A stretch of DNA of 64,000 nucleotides from an uncultured Ruminococcus sp. (lineage in GTDB: Bacteria; Bacillota; Clostridia; Oscillospirales; Ruminococcaceae), in the NCBI GenBank assembly GCA_902787365.1, contig CADAGC010000013.1, positions 2,893 through 66,892 of the forward strand. The letters run 5' to 3'. This document shows positions 34,870 through 45,766 of the stretch, piece by piece. The position numbers and the translations under genes are program-made. The notes beneath the pieces are model-generated. The model saw only the letters and a program-made list of their open reading frames with translations, ran no database searches and was not told the DNA's origin. Positions within the stretch are counted from its first letter, which is position 1. Each line of letters opens with the position of its first letter.

Positions 34870-37800
34870 ATGCCTATCACAATAGACCAGTATAAACAGA
34901 AAGTACTTGACGGATTTGAGTTTTCACAGGAGCAGCTTGAGGGCGCTGTGAGATTTATAAACGACCTTGAAGTTACCACCAAAAGACTCAGAGAGCGTGG
35001 CAAGACGGAGCTTGCAGACAAGTTATCTGCAATTTCTGCGGGCATAAGAGTAGTTATCACCGCTGATGTAAGCGGCAAGGACGAGCCGATAGGTGACATG
35101 ACAAGACACGACTGGGAAGATGCCATGGCATCACTTGACGGCCTTGCTTCGATAATGACAGATTCGGATATAAGAAGCGACATCGCATCTGCTACAGGCG
35201 CAGGCGATAAGGAGCTTTTCGGCAAAGAGGGCGAGGAGCTTTTTGCGGGCATAAGCCTGTTCTCTCAGGTTCTGGAAATACCCGATGTGCCCGAGTTTGA
35301 CAAGCACATATACAAGTCGTTCAAGCAGGATCAGAATCAGAGGGGCAACAATTTCTATGATGAAAGACCCAACGAAAGGCTTTCTGATGAACAGGTCAAG
35401 CAGATAGTTACAGAACTTACCGAGCCTGTTATCGAGAATGATAACTTTGACTTTAACAACATAAATCTTGACGGCTTTTCAGATGACCTTAAGGCCTATA
35501 CTATGGGCTTTATGAATGATATGAATGCCCAGCCCGAGAATATAAATGAGTTAATGATAGACGTGCCTAAGATTGAAGACCTTGATCTTTCAAAGGATAT
35601 TCAGGGCGGAAACGAGCAGAATAATGCTGACAACAAGCAGGCTGACGATGATGAGATAATCTTTGACCCGAATGAGTTTGGTAAGGATAAAAACATAAAT
35701 GAAATAGCTCTTGACGGCGACGAGATCGTTGCTGATGACATTTTTGACGGTGATGAGAAAGACAAAGCGCTTGATGAGTTTGTAAACCAGCCCCAGGGAA
35801 ATAACATCAACAATGAGGTCAAGCAGGAGGCAAAGAACGAGGGCGAGCTTGAAAACCTTGAAGTGATCGGCGATATTTTTGAGCCGCAGAATCAGACCTT
35901 TGACTATAACGAGGAAGAGGAGATAAAGGTCAACGCAGGCGACGACGGTGCGATCGACATGCTGCCCGACAGCCCTACAAGCATTGCAAATGACAGGCGC
36001 TTCACCTCACTTGATGACTGGAAGACGCTTAAAGATGACCTTTTGGTATTCCTGCCCGAAGGGCGTTTTGACACAGAGATAACAGGTGCAAACGGCCTGC
36101 CTATGACCTCGCAGGAGATACAGGCAGAGGCGGAGGAACAGCTTCGCAATCAGTTCAGAAGCGCCCCCGACTATACGCAGACAAAAGAGCGTGTGCGGTT
36201 TCTGACACAAATGCAGAAAACATTTGAGCGCAATAATACGCCCATGATAGAAGAGGACGCAAACGAGCTTGCCGAGAAGCAGCAGCACCTTGCCGAGCTT
36301 GACGCACAGATAGAGCAGCAGATCGCAAATGCCAAGGAGGACGCTTTAAAGGCCAAGGATAACTTCGACCCCGACAGAAAGGCCATAACAGGTATCAACA
36401 AAAGCGACACCGTCAAGGACTTTGTTCTCACCGAGGAGGGGGCTTCAAAGCTTAACAGACAGTCACGCTATTTGAATCTGGCTTTCAAGGATATAGCCGA
36501 AAAGCAGTCTGACAGAACGATAAGGAGAGCATATTCAGATCTTGCATATCTCACCGACCCGCTTCAGGGCAGCTTCTCAAAGGCAAGGCTTTCAAGACCT
36601 TATCTTACATCGCTTTCTTCCCTTATAAAGTGCGGCCCTAACTATGTTAATGACAGCATAAATAAGCAGAGAGAAACGCTCGGCAAAGACCTTAGCGATG
36701 CGATAAACGACATCAAGCACTATGCGGTAGAGGAGATAAAGGCGGAGAATCATCTTCAGAGGATAAAGCAGGACAAAGAGCGTACCCCCGAGGAAGACAA
36801 GAAATACCTCGAAAGGCTTTATAAGACCCATTCAAACCTCATAAAGACCTATGACAAGCTGACGACCTACAAAAATGACCCCGAGGGCAAGATAGAAGCG
36901 CACTTTCACGGCAGTATTGAAGATACACTTGCCGCTGTCAGCAGCTCTATCGGTTATATAAGGGGCGAGAAAATGGCTATCGAAAACGGCTGGGGCGCTG
37001 AGGATCTTGCAATACTCGGTGTTGTGGGCGCTATGGATCAGAGCCTTAGAAAGCTTGAACGTGAGGGCACGCAGGAGCAGAAGCAGGGCATTGAAGCGTT
37101 CAGAGACAAGTTCACAGCCCTTAAGGCAGCAGCTTACGGCACATACGCCAATACAAGCAAGGAGAAAAAGCAGATAGCCGAGCAGGTCAAGGCGCTGCTT
37201 GACGATAACGACAATTCACCCGCAGCACAGTACTGCAAGAAAACGGCGGCCGACAGCCGTCAGGCCTTTGACAATGCTTTCGCAGTAGTGAACAAGCAGT
37301 ATGAAAGGCAGAGAACAAACGGCGTTTTTGATAATCAGATAGACAATGAAACGACACAGAACGTGCAGTATCTTAAAGATCTTTTCTTTGAAGCAAGAGA
37401 TACAAAGGACGTTAAGAGATTTGCAAGCGAATATGTAAGGATAAAGACACAGCGTGGAAATAAGAAACTTGCGGATTCAGAGGCTTTCAGGGAGTTTGAA
37501 GATGATCTCACGGGCTTTGTATTCAGAAACGGCGATTACGTATCGGGAATAGGCATGGATATGTATTCCAAGATATATTCCGAGATATGCCGTGTGCAGG
37601 CCAACAAGTGCTCGCTCTACGGCCAGATGCTTGAAAACACCGCCGAGCAGATAAGAGAGGGCAGGCTGCCCGTTGATGAAAAGTATGCAGACGTCAAGAC
37701 CGACAACAAGGTGAGCATGGCGCTTGCGGCAGACTATATAAGAAAGCACGATGAGCTTAAGCTCTCAGAGCAGATAAAGCAGGCCGCAGATATACAGAAG

Positions 37801-38817
37801 AGATTCCAGCAAAAGAGCCCGTATATAGAAAAGCTGCAAAAATTCTCGACCCAGAACTTAAAGTCGGCAATACATAACGGTATGGACGCTTTTACGCCGC
37901 AGCAGCGTTTGGGGCAGTTGAAAGAGGAAATAAACGTCAACGAGCTCAGCAGGTTTGAAAATGAAGACAGGCTGTATGATTCGCTTAACGACTCGGCAAG
38001 GGCGCAGAACAAGTATGTAAGCGACGTTGAAAAGACCAAGGCCGAGGCACAGCGCTTCCTTAATGAGCTTACCACCCTTAAAAACGGCAAGGCCGACAAC
38101 TCGCTGCAATTTATGCGTATGTATCACGCACTTGAAGATGTTGTTAATCTCGAAAAGGGCTGCTCGCCTGCCGAGGTCTCGCAAAGGCTTAAGGCGCTCA
38201 ACACCACCTCGAATGATTACTATGATAAGATTCATTCTCACACCTTTGCGGGAATATCTAAAAACGGCTCGGCCAGATATCAGAAATCATTTGACATTGC
38301 AAAGTGGACTGTCAGACAGGAGAACAAGCTCTCAGAGCAGGTGGTAGGCAGTATATCGGCTAACAGGCGTATGGATAAGCAGATAGCCGACACCAAGACC
38401 GCCAAGGATAATTTCTTAAACAAGCCTATCGACCTTGAAGATGCCAAGGGCAAGCTTGAAGAGGAGCTTAAAAGTGACAACATCAGCAACGATGAGGTGC
38501 TTAATGTCAGCGCAAAGCTCATCACCATAAACAAGTTCATTGAAGCGAAGAAAGCAAACCCCGAACTCGGTGATCTTACAAAGGGCGAGCTGATAAGCTC
38601 GAAGAATGAGATCATCAAGTCGGGTGAGCTTAAGCAGGCATATTATATGCTTGATCATGATGAATTTGTCAGCCATGTGCTTGATGGCAAGACGATAGTG
38701 AATGATATGTCAAACGCCAGAAAGGAAATGCAGAACAACCAGCAGATAATGCAGAATGCAAATCATGTTGAGCTTAACGCAAACAAGAACATTGACCCCA
38801 AGGTAAACCATATCTGA
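34870..38817 (+). CDS. giant hypothetical protein (1315 aa): acidic N-terminal region plus long helical region
   Basis: Single uninterrupted ORF with an SD. No signal peptide or TM, and no motif I can assign. A monocistronic unit bounded by strong terminators. Confidence 0.75.
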   Translation: MPITIDQYKQKVLDGFEFSQEQLEGAVRFINDLEVTTKRLRERGKTELADKLSAISAGIRVVITADVSGKDEPIGDMTRHDWEDAMASLDGLASIMTDSDIRSDIASATGAGDKELFGKEGEELFAGISLFSQVLEIPDVPEFDKHIYKSFKQDQNQRGNNFYDERPNERLSDEQVKQIVTELTEPVIENDNFDFNNINLDGFSDDLKAYTMGFMNDMNAQPENINELMIDVPKIEDLDLSKDIQGGNEQNNADNKQADDDEIIFDPNEFGKDKNINEIALDGDEIVADDIFDGDEKDKALDEFVNQPQGNNINNEVKQEAKNEGELENLEVIGDIFEPQNQTFDYNEEEEIKVNAGDDGAIDMLPDSPTSIANDRRFTSLDDWKTLKDDLLVFLPEGRFDTEITGANGLPMTSQEIQAEAEEQLRNQFRSAPDYTQTKERVRFLTQMQKTFERNNTPMIEEDANELAEKQQHLAELDAQIEQQIANAKEDALKAKDNFDPDRKAITGINKSDTVKDFVLTEEGASKLNRQSRYLNLAFKDIAEKQSDRTIRRAYSDLAYLTDPLQGSFSKARLSRPYLTSLSSLIKCGPNYVNDSINKQRETLGKDLSDAINDIKHYAVEEIKAENHLQRIKQDKERTPEEDKKYLERLYKTHSNLIKTYDKLTTYKNDPEGKIEAHFHGSIEDTLAAVSSSIGYIRGEKMAIENGWGAEDLAILGVVGAMDQSLRKLEREGTQEQKQGIEAFRDKFTALKAAAYGTYANTSKEKKQIAEQVKALLDDNDNSPAAQYCKKTAADSRQAFDNAFAVVNKQYERQRTNGVFDNQIDNETTQNVQYLKDLFFEARDTKDVKRFASEYVRIKTQRGNKKLADSEAFREFEDDLTGFVFRNGDYVSGIGMDMYSKIYSEICRVQANKCSLYGQMLENTAEQIREGRLPVDEKYADVKTDNKVSMALAADYIRKHDELKLSEQIKQAADIQKRFQQKSPYIEKLQKFSTQNLKSAIHNGMDAFTPQQRLGQLKEEINVNELSRFENEDRLYDSLNDSARAQNKYVSDVEKTKAEAQRFLNELTTLKNGKADNSLQFMRMYHALEDVVNLEKGCSPAEVSQRLKALNTTSNDYYDKIHSHTFAGISKNGSARYQKSFDIAKWTVRQENKLSEQVVGSISANRRMDKQIADTKTAKDNFLNKPIDLEDAKGKLEEELKSDNISNDEVLNVSAKLITINKFIEAKKANPELGDLTKGELISSKNEIIKSGELKQAYYMLDHDEFVSHVLDGKTIVNDMSNARKEMQNNQQIMQNANHVELNANKNIDPKVNHI

Positions 38818-38830
38818 CAGTGGCATAATA

Positions 38831-38866
38831 AAAGACTGATGCATATTTGCGTGCATCAGTCTTTTT
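38831..38866. terminator. bidirectional terminator
   Basis: AAAGACTGATGCA-tatttgcg-TGCATCAGTCTTT followed by TT. Confidence 0.8.
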
Positions 38867-38871
38867 GTGGT

Positions 38872-41631
38872 TTATCTGTTAACTCGCTTGAAGCTTACGC
38901 TGATAAGGTCAAGGCCGCCGAGGCCAAAGTGCAGGCGCATAACCGTGAAGCGTGAAAACAGCGGGAGCTTTTCGAGGGTGTTGCTCACAGGCTCGCCGCC
39001 CGTGCCGTTCCAGGTGAATGAGCCGTAGGGCGTTCCTAAACGGAACACCGTTACGGGCATCTGTGCCAGCTCGCTCTGCTTTGAGCTTGCGGTTATCGTC
39101 ATATCGTAAAAGCCCAGCTCGGGCAGGTCAAGGGTGAAGCTGTAGTTCTTGCCCCGTGCAGTCTTTACAGCAGACAGGTCGATAGTCAGCTCGTCACGCA
39201 GGGTGAACACGCCGCCGTCTTCGCCGTCGTCCTCGGTGCTGTCATTTCTGCCCTCTATGACTATCTCCTCGTCCTCGCCCAGCAGGCGCTTCATAGCGTG
39301 GGTGCCAAGCAGGAAGCCGAGAATGTTTTTAGCGCACCTCGCAAGCTCGCCACGGGTCAGATCACCTGCTGCAAGGGCGGCGCTTACATTGTCGCTGCCC
39401 TGCTCGCCGTCGGGGCAGACCATATAGACGTCATTCTGCGCCATTACCATAGCCGCAAGGTCGCTGTTGTCGGGCTCTTTGCCACGGCGGTTTATGTGCG
39501 CCCACCAGTCGGTCATCACAAAGCCCTCAAATCCCCATTGTTCACGCAGAATGACCGTGTTTAGGTCATAGCTGCCCGCAGTCCACAGGCCGTTTACCTT
39601 GCCGTAGGTGGTCATAACAGAGCGGCAGCCGCCGTCACGTATAGCCATATGGAAGCCTTTGAGATATATCTCACGAAGCGCCCTCTCGGAAACTATCGTG
39701 TCAAGATTATGCCTGCCCGTTTCCTGATTGTTGCCGCAGAAGTGCTTGATAGTGCCCTCGACACCCTCGCTGTGCAGACCCTTAAGCTCTGCCACAGCCA
39801 TAGCACCTGTGAGGTAGGGGTCTTCCGAGAAGTATTCAAAGTTGCGGCCGTTGAGCGGGTGGCGGTGAATGTTCATGCCGGGGCCTAAAAGGCAGTCAAC
39901 TTTGTTTGCACGCATCTCTCTGCCCATAAAGGTGAACAGCTCGGTCACAAGCTCTCTGTTGAATGTTGAAGCGATGAGCGTTCCTATAGGCAGGCTGAAA
40001 GCCTTAGCCCCCGTGTCGAGCCTCATGCCCGAGGGACCGTCAGAGCAGCAGCCGCAGGGAACACCAAGTTCCGCAAGGCGCTTTGACACGCCGCCGAACG
40101 CCGAGGCAGTTCCGGGTGTTACCTTGGGCGAGCACATACCCTCGCCACGCACAAGGCAGTTAAGGTCATCATCTGTCAGCTGGGATATGAACTCATCAAG
40201 GGTGTGTTTGCCCTTTGCAACGTCGCCGAAGTGTATGCCCTTGTCGCCCGTGAATGGAATGTCTTCAGGGAGTGAAGCAAGCCTGCGCTGCTGCTCGTCA
40301 TACTCAGCTGTCACAACGGTCTCTGACGCTATCTTGCCGCCTTTTCTTACCATTCGCTTAAAGGGCTTGTAGGGGGCGAGCGCCTGCTCAAGCTGTTCTA
40401 TCACGGCGGGTCTGTCGCCAAAGAAATAGTCGGCATAAAAATCATCAACGGCGATAAGCCCCGTGTTGTTTATCGCTTTGGCACATATGAGCATTCTCGG
40501 CTTTTCGGGCAGCACCCAGCAGTTTTTGTGCCCCGTAATGCCGCTGTCGTCATAGACTGCGATATCACGAATATCCATTGATATCGTTATGTCAGCAGAT
40601 TCGTTCGGTGCAAGGGTCTTTGTCTTTTCAAAGCCGCACAGCACATTTTCGGGCAGCGAAATATAATCATCGGGCACCTCGCAGTATTTGCAAAACAGCA
40701 TTACCACGTTCTTGCCGGGGCGGCTGCCGGTATTCTTTACTGTAAAGGTGTAGCTCATGCCGTTTTCGGTCTTTTCTCTGCCTTTGAGTTTTGTTTCAAA
40801 CTCTGTATACGAAAGCCCATAGCCGAAATGGTAGCGCACCCTGTTTTTTGCAAAGGTGTCAAAATATCTGTAGCCTACAAAGATATCTTCGACGTAGTCG
40901 TTGCTTTCCTTGCCGCCGAAAACGCCGTCAGAGGGGTAATCATCAAGGGAATATGCTATCGTGTCGGGCAGGCAGCCGCTGGGGGAGACTTCGCCTAAAA
41001 GCACCCTTGCAGCGCCCGTGCCGCCTGTCATTCCGCCGTGCCAGATATACATAACCGCCTCGGGGGCAAACTCGTCCATAAAGCTCATATCTATGATATT
41101 GCCCGTGTTTAGAAGTACTATCAGCGTGTCAAAATGCGCCCTGACAGTTTTGAGCATTTCACGCTCGCCCTCTGACAGACAGTAAGAGCCTGCGGTGTCG
41201 GTGTTGTCCATTTCCTCGCCTGCGGTGCGGCCTATGACTATGACCGCCTTGCCTGCGGTCTTTGCGACCCTTGCTGTCAGCTCGTCACTAAGCGGCATTT
41301 CCTTTTGCGACCATGGCTCGTTGCCCCAGCCCTCGCCGCTGTCATATGGGTTTTCGGCCACCCAGCTTTTGTAGGTGCCCAGCAGTTCCTTGTTGAGCAA
41401 AGCCCCTGCTTCGAGCAGGCCGTCTGCTATGTTTACTACCTTTGTGGCATTTACAAGCCCGCCCGAGCCTGTGCCGCTTTTGTAGTAGTCAAGCTGCACC
41501 CTGCCAAAGAGCGCAATTTCGTTTTTCGGGTCAAGGGGCAGAGCGCCGCCTTCGTTTTTTAACAGCACAGCACCCTCTGCGCACACCTCTGCGGCTTTAT
41601 CAAGATACTTATTCCAGTCAAGTTTTTGCAT
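38872..41631 (-). CDS. glycoside hydrolase family 3 protein (beta-glucosidase/xylosidase-like)
   Basis: GH3 blocks, including GFEGFVMTDWWA (nucleophile Asp context), an Fn3-like region and a C-terminal beta-sandwich. No signal peptide. Confidence 0.8.
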   Translation of the reverse strand: MQKLDWNKYLDKAAEVCAEGAVLLKNEGGALPLDPKNEIALFGRVQLDYYKSGTGSGGLVNATKVVNIADGLLEAGALLNKELLGTYKSWVAENPYDSGEGWGNEPWSQKEMPLSDELTARVAKTAGKAVIVIGRTAGEEMDNTDTAGSYCLSEGEREMLKTVRAHFDTLIVLLNTGNIIDMSFMDEFAPEAVMYIWHGGMTGGTGAARVLLGEVSPSGCLPDTIAYSLDDYPSDGVFGGKESNDYVEDIFVGYRYFDTFAKNRVRYHFGYGLSYTEFETKLKGREKTENGMSYTFTVKNTGSRPGKNVVMLFCKYCEVPDDYISLPENVLCGFEKTKTLAPNESADITISMDIRDIAVYDDSGITGHKNCWVLPEKPRMLICAKAINNTGLIAVDDFYADYFFGDRPAVIEQLEQALAPYKPFKRMVRKGGKIASETVVTAEYDEQQRRLASLPEDIPFTGDKGIHFGDVAKGKHTLDEFISQLTDDDLNCLVRGEGMCSPKVTPGTASAFGGVSKRLAELGVPCGCCSDGPSGMRLDTGAKAFSLPIGTLIASTFNRELVTELFTFMGREMRANKVDCLLGPGMNIHRHPLNGRNFEYFSEDPYLTGAMAVAELKGLHSEGVEGTIKHFCGNNQETGRHNLDTIVSERALREIYLKGFHMAIRDGGCRSVMTTYGKVNGLWTAGSYDLNTVILREQWGFEGFVMTDWWAHINRRGKEPDNSDLAAMVMAQNDVYMVCPDGEQGSDNVSAALAAGDLTRGELARCAKNILGFLLGTHAMKRLLGEDEEIVIEGRNDSTEDDGEDGGVFTLRDELTIDLSAVKTARGKNYSFTLDLPELGFYDMTITASSKQSELAQMPVTVFRLGTPYGSFTWNGTGGEPVSNTLEKLPLFSRFTVMRLHFGLGGLDLISVSFKRVNR

Positions 41632-41646
41632 AATGTTTCTCCTTGT

Positions 41647-42696
41647 TTATATCGTCATATCGTGTATCATCTCTATCAGCTCGGGTATCATGAGCTTTTG
41701 CGGGCAGTCGGCCATGCAGCGCCTGTCGGTGCAGCTTCGGCAGGAGTTATAAAACTCATCAATGTTCATTTTCATCTTCCGCATCGCCCAGTATTTCTTG
41801 CCGAGGTGGTAGTAGTTATACTGCCTTAGCAGTATATGCACCTCATACCCCTTGGGGCAGACACAGCGCTGGCACCTTGTGCATCTTATGGGCGAAAAAT
41901 GCTCCGTTAGCCGTGATATAACTTCATCAAAGCTGAAATCACGCACGGGGTATTCCTCTTTCATGGCGGCGTCTGCCTGCTCTTTTGTGCCTATGCCGAT
42001 AAGTGCGCTCGAAAAGGGTCTGCTTAGCACGCCGCCTATCAGTTCTTCGGGGGTGAACACGCTAAGTAAGCACCCCGCCGCATAGAGCTTGTTTAGTATA
42101 AGCCCCTTGCCCGCAAAGGCATCGTCTTCAAAAATGCGCTCGATTATGCCACGCTCTAAAATGTTGCCGCTTGTCTGAATAACATCGACCCGCTCATCAA
42201 GGGCGGCACGGCGTGCCACGCTGTAGTAATGCGTTGCTATGCCCGTAAAGCCTATCAGCCCTGCACGCTTAAGGTCGCAAAGCGCATCGAGCGCACCGTA
42301 GCGGCTGAAAGTCTCCTCCTCGTTTTTCTCGTCCACCTGATGAACAAAGTATATGTCGGGCTTTGTGCCAAGCGTTTCTATCGAGCGCTGCACCTCACGG
42401 AACATATCGTTGCCGTCCATAAACCTTGCTTTGTCGGAAATGATTATGTTCTCACGTCCGACTTTCTGTGCAAAGACGCCCAGCTTGTACTCTGCATCAC
42501 CGTATTCTTCGGGAATGGCGGTGTCGTAGAGATTGCAGCCCATATTGTATGCGTGCATCATTATGTCAACCGCTTCGTCAAGCTCGGGGCTGAAATATTC
42601 GGGCAGAACGGGCACATTGCCACTTAGTATAGGTATTGTACCAAAGCCTATCTCCGACACCTTAAGGCCTGTGCTGCCAAGATCTCTGTATCTCAT
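41647..42696 (-). CDS. aldo/keto reductase with C-terminal Cys-rich (Fe-S type) extension
   Basis: MRYRDLGSTGLKVSEIGFG AKR N-terminus. C-terminal CTRCQRCVCPKG ... CRSCTDRRCMADCPQ cysteine clusters. Confidence 0.75.
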   Translation of the reverse strand: MRYRDLGSTGLKVSEIGFGTIPILSGNVPVLPEYFSPELDEAVDIMMHAYNMGCNLYDTAIPEEYGDAEYKLGVFAQKVGRENIIISDKARFMDGNDMFREVQRSIETLGTKPDIYFVHQVDEKNEEETFSRYGALDALCDLKRAGLIGFTGIATHYYSVARRAALDERVDVIQTSGNILERGIIERIFEDDAFAGKGLILNKLYAAGCLLSVFTPEELIGGVLSRPFSSALIGIGTKEQADAAMKEEYPVRDFSFDEVISRLTEHFSPIRCTRCQRCVCPKGYEVHILLRQYNYYHLGKKYWAMRKMKMNIDEFYNSCRSCTDRRCMADCPQKLMIPELIEMIHDMTI

Positions 42697-45600
42697 AGCT
42701 TGTCACACCACCCAAATGCATCATTAGCTACGTCTACGCCCTCTTTGTTTTCAAATACAACCTCGCAAAGCTCTTCGCAGAAAGCAAATGCCTGCGAGCC
42801 TATCTCCTTAACAGATGCGGGAATGAATATGCGTTTTAAGCTCTTGCACCTGAAAAACGCCCTTTCGGGAATGGCGGTCAGCTTGTTTGATATGTGTATC
42901 TCACCGAGAGCGCAACAATGCTCAAAGGCACGTTTGCCTAAAGTCACGAGCGAGTCGGAAAGGTCAATGCTTTCAAGGCTCTTGCAGCCGCTGAATGCCT
43001 GTGCGCCTATGCTCTTTATGCCGCCTGCATTGTCAGCCCTTGTAAGCCACTTGCTGCTTTTGAACGCAGACTTGCCGATAACCTCGGTGTCTTTTGAGAA
43101 TGATATGTGTTCAAGCAGATTGCAGTCCATATACACTTCGTCTGCAATCTCCCTTATCCCATCGGGGAAGACAAGGTCTTTTATGTTGCCGGTGCTCTCA
43201 ATAAGCACGCCGTTTTTGTCGAGCTTGAAGCAGTTTATGCACTCAGAGAATATCCGCCCGACAAGCTCGGGGTAGGCCTTGCTCTCTAAATCTCCGACGC
43301 TCTCCAGCGTGTAGGTCTTGCTGTCATAGAAGTGTATAGTCCGCAAGTTCAGGCAGTTTCTGAATGCAAAGTAATCAACTGCCGTGCGATTGCTTGCAAG
43401 TGTCAGCTCTTTCAGCTGCGTGTTGCCTGCAAATGCCCAGCTGCATATGCGGCTTATGCTGTCGTCAACAACAGCGCTCTCGCCACAGCGGGCGGCATCA
43501 ATGAGCATACCGTTTACGATGTTGAAGCTGTCTTTCCTGCGTCCATTTTCAAGCCAGCCTGTTCCTGCAAAGGTGAGCCTGCCGCTGTTTTTAAAGCCTG
43601 CGGGGAATACTATCTCACTCACCCTTAAGTGGTCACGAAACGCCTCGTCCTCGGCTGATACTATATCGTCGGGCAGGCGCACAGCCGTGGCGTCGCCTTT
43701 GTATTTTATGATACCGTATTTTTTGTTTACATCAAAGCAGGAATACACGCTGCCGATCATCTCCTGCACACGCACGGGCAGCTTGTTGTCGGCGGTGTTT
43801 TTGCTTTGCGAAAAACGTGAGAATGAGTATTCCTCGCCGTCAAGAACTATAGTATCAACAAATGTGCAGCCGAAAAACGCTCCGCTTTGCAGATTTGTCT
43901 TGCTGTCTGCGGTTATGCGCCCAAGAGAGCAGCAGTCGGCAAAGGCGTGGTAGCCCACATGGCAGTCACGCAGTCTTATTTCTTTCAAGCCCTCGCAGCG
44001 CTCAAAGGCACGGCCGTCTATCGCTCTTATGTGAGACAGGTCAATGCTTTCAAGCGACAAGCACTCATCAAAGCACCGCTTGCCTATCTTAGTTATCGTA
44101 TCGGAAAGTGTTATCTCTCTGAGCTTGCCGCAGCCTGCGAACAACTCTGCGTCAAGCAAGGTCACGCCGCTTATCTGCGCCCTTTCAAGCGAGCGGCAGA
44201 ACGAGAACGCCCCGCGCTCTATCGCTCCTGCGTTAACGCTTATCTCCTTAAGTGAGGGGCATTTTTCAAAGGCGAATTTTTCTATCACGCAGTCGGGGGA
44301 GTTTATGATTATTCGTGTAAGCTTCGGGCAGCCCGAGAATGCATACTTGCCGATAATGCAGGGCTTGTCTATGATAAGCTCGCTTACGCTCTCATCGCCG
44401 CAATGGCTGTAGGGAGCATGATCTTCGCTGCTGTATGTGCGCTCGCTTGGGCGGACTGCGGCGGGCGTGCCTGTCTCAAAGCCCTCGTTTTCGAGCGACA
44501 CGCACCCCCTGAACGCTGCAAAGCCAACACTCTTAAGCGCCGCAGGCACGTTAAAGCGCAGAAGCTTTTTGCAGTTTTCAAAAGCCCCTGCATTGATAGC
44601 CGTCAGCCCCTCGGGCATAACTACAGACTGCATACAAATGCAGTTTCTGAATGCGTTTTCGTGTATCTCACGCAGGGTGGAGGGCAGTATCACACGGTCA
44701 AGGCGCTCGTTGCCCTCAAAGGCGCTCTCGCCGATTATCTCAACACCCTCGGGTATCGTCACACGCTCCTCGCTGCCCGAGTATGACATAAGAACCTTGC
44801 CGCTTATGTAAAAATCGCTGCTTATCTGGTCGCTTATGCGCCTGATTATGTAGGGGATATCATTATCGCTCGCTATGCCGCCGAGGGTGTAGCTGCTGTC
44901 GTCTATGACTATGCGTTTGAGGTTGCTGCACCCCTTGAAAGCCCCGTCGTCTATCTCGATATCGGCGCTTTTGAGCGATACCTGTTCAAGGCTTATGCAG
45001 TTGCAGAAAGCGTTTGACTCTATGCGTTCAAGGCTTTCGGGAAAGGCTATCGACACTATGCCTTTCTTGTCAAGAAAACAGCCGCTGCCTATTTCCCTTA
45101 TCCCCTCGGGAAGCTCAAAGGTGCGCAGGTTGACGTGCAGCTTGCCAAGCACGCCGTTTTCAAACTCAACCGACTGGAAAAGGCTCTCGGCTATGCTTCT
45201 GACAACGGGGTGAATATCCTCTTTTGAGATTAGCGCCGAGATGAGATTGTCGGTGTGAAAAGCACTGCCGTCCGAGAGGGTTATGTCTTTTATTTTCAGG
45301 CAGCCCGTGAAAACATCGTTGCCGAAATTCGAGCAGTCTATCTCGCTGTTAAGGCCTATCTCGCAAAGCTGTGTGTCGTTTGCAAAGGCTTGCGTATCAA
45401 GGCGCTTGACACCGTAGGCGTGGATCTTTCTAAGGCCGTCGCAGTAAAGAAATGTGCCCTTGCCGAGTGCCGTTACCGTGTCGGGGATAACTACCTCTTC
45501 AAGAGAGTGGCACCTGTGAAAAGCAAGCTCGCCTATGCGCTCAAGCCCCTGCGGGAAACTGATGTTTTTAAGCTGCCTGCAGCCCTTGAAAGCATTGTCG

Positions 45601-45764
45601 CCTATCTCTTTAAGGCCACCCGGCAGAGTAACATCTTCAAGCCACGCAAGCCCCTTGAAAGCCTCCTTGCCTATCACCCTCACATTATCGGGAATGACCA
45701 CGCTGTGCGCATCGCCTTTATATGAAATGAGCGTGCCCTCTTGTATAATAAGATCTTCCTGCAT
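42693..45764 (-). CDS. leucine-rich repeat protein (BspA/LRR_5 type), 1023 aa, no signal peptide
   Basis: Dozens of repeats of the form IPxxVxxIGxxAFxxCxxLxxI throughout. Confidence 0.85.
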   Translation of the reverse strand: MQEDLIIQEGTLISYKGDAHSVVIPDNVRVIGKEAFKGLAWLEDVTLPGGLKEIGDNAFKGCRQLKNISFPQGLERIGELAFHRCHSLEEVVIPDTVTALGKGTFLYCDGLRKIHAYGVKRLDTQAFANDTQLCEIGLNSEIDCSNFGNDVFTGCLKIKDITLSDGSAFHTDNLISALISKEDIHPVVRSIAESLFQSVEFENGVLGKLHVNLRTFELPEGIREIGSGCFLDKKGIVSIAFPESLERIESNAFCNCISLEQVSLKSADIEIDDGAFKGCSNLKRIVIDDSSYTLGGIASDNDIPYIIRRISDQISSDFYISGKVLMSYSGSEERVTIPEGVEIIGESAFEGNERLDRVILPSTLREIHENAFRNCICMQSVVMPEGLTAINAGAFENCKKLLRFNVPAALKSVGFAAFRGCVSLENEGFETGTPAAVRPSERTYSSEDHAPYSHCGDESVSELIIDKPCIIGKYAFSGCPKLTRIIINSPDCVIEKFAFEKCPSLKEISVNAGAIERGAFSFCRSLERAQISGVTLLDAELFAGCGKLREITLSDTITKIGKRCFDECLSLESIDLSHIRAIDGRAFERCEGLKEIRLRDCHVGYHAFADCCSLGRITADSKTNLQSGAFFGCTFVDTIVLDGEEYSFSRFSQSKNTADNKLPVRVQEMIGSVYSCFDVNKKYGIIKYKGDATAVRLPDDIVSAEDEAFRDHLRVSEIVFPAGFKNSGRLTFAGTGWLENGRRKDSFNIVNGMLIDAARCGESAVVDDSISRICSWAFAGNTQLKELTLASNRTAVDYFAFRNCLNLRTIHFYDSKTYTLESVGDLESKAYPELVGRIFSECINCFKLDKNGVLIESTGNIKDLVFPDGIREIADEVYMDCNLLEHISFSKDTEVIGKSAFKSSKWLTRADNAGGIKSIGAQAFSGCKSLESIDLSDSLVTLGKRAFEHCCALGEIHISNKLTAIPERAFFRCKSLKRIFIPASVKEIGSQAFAFCEELCEVVFENKEGVDVANDAFGWCDKL

Positions 45765-45766
45765 TT

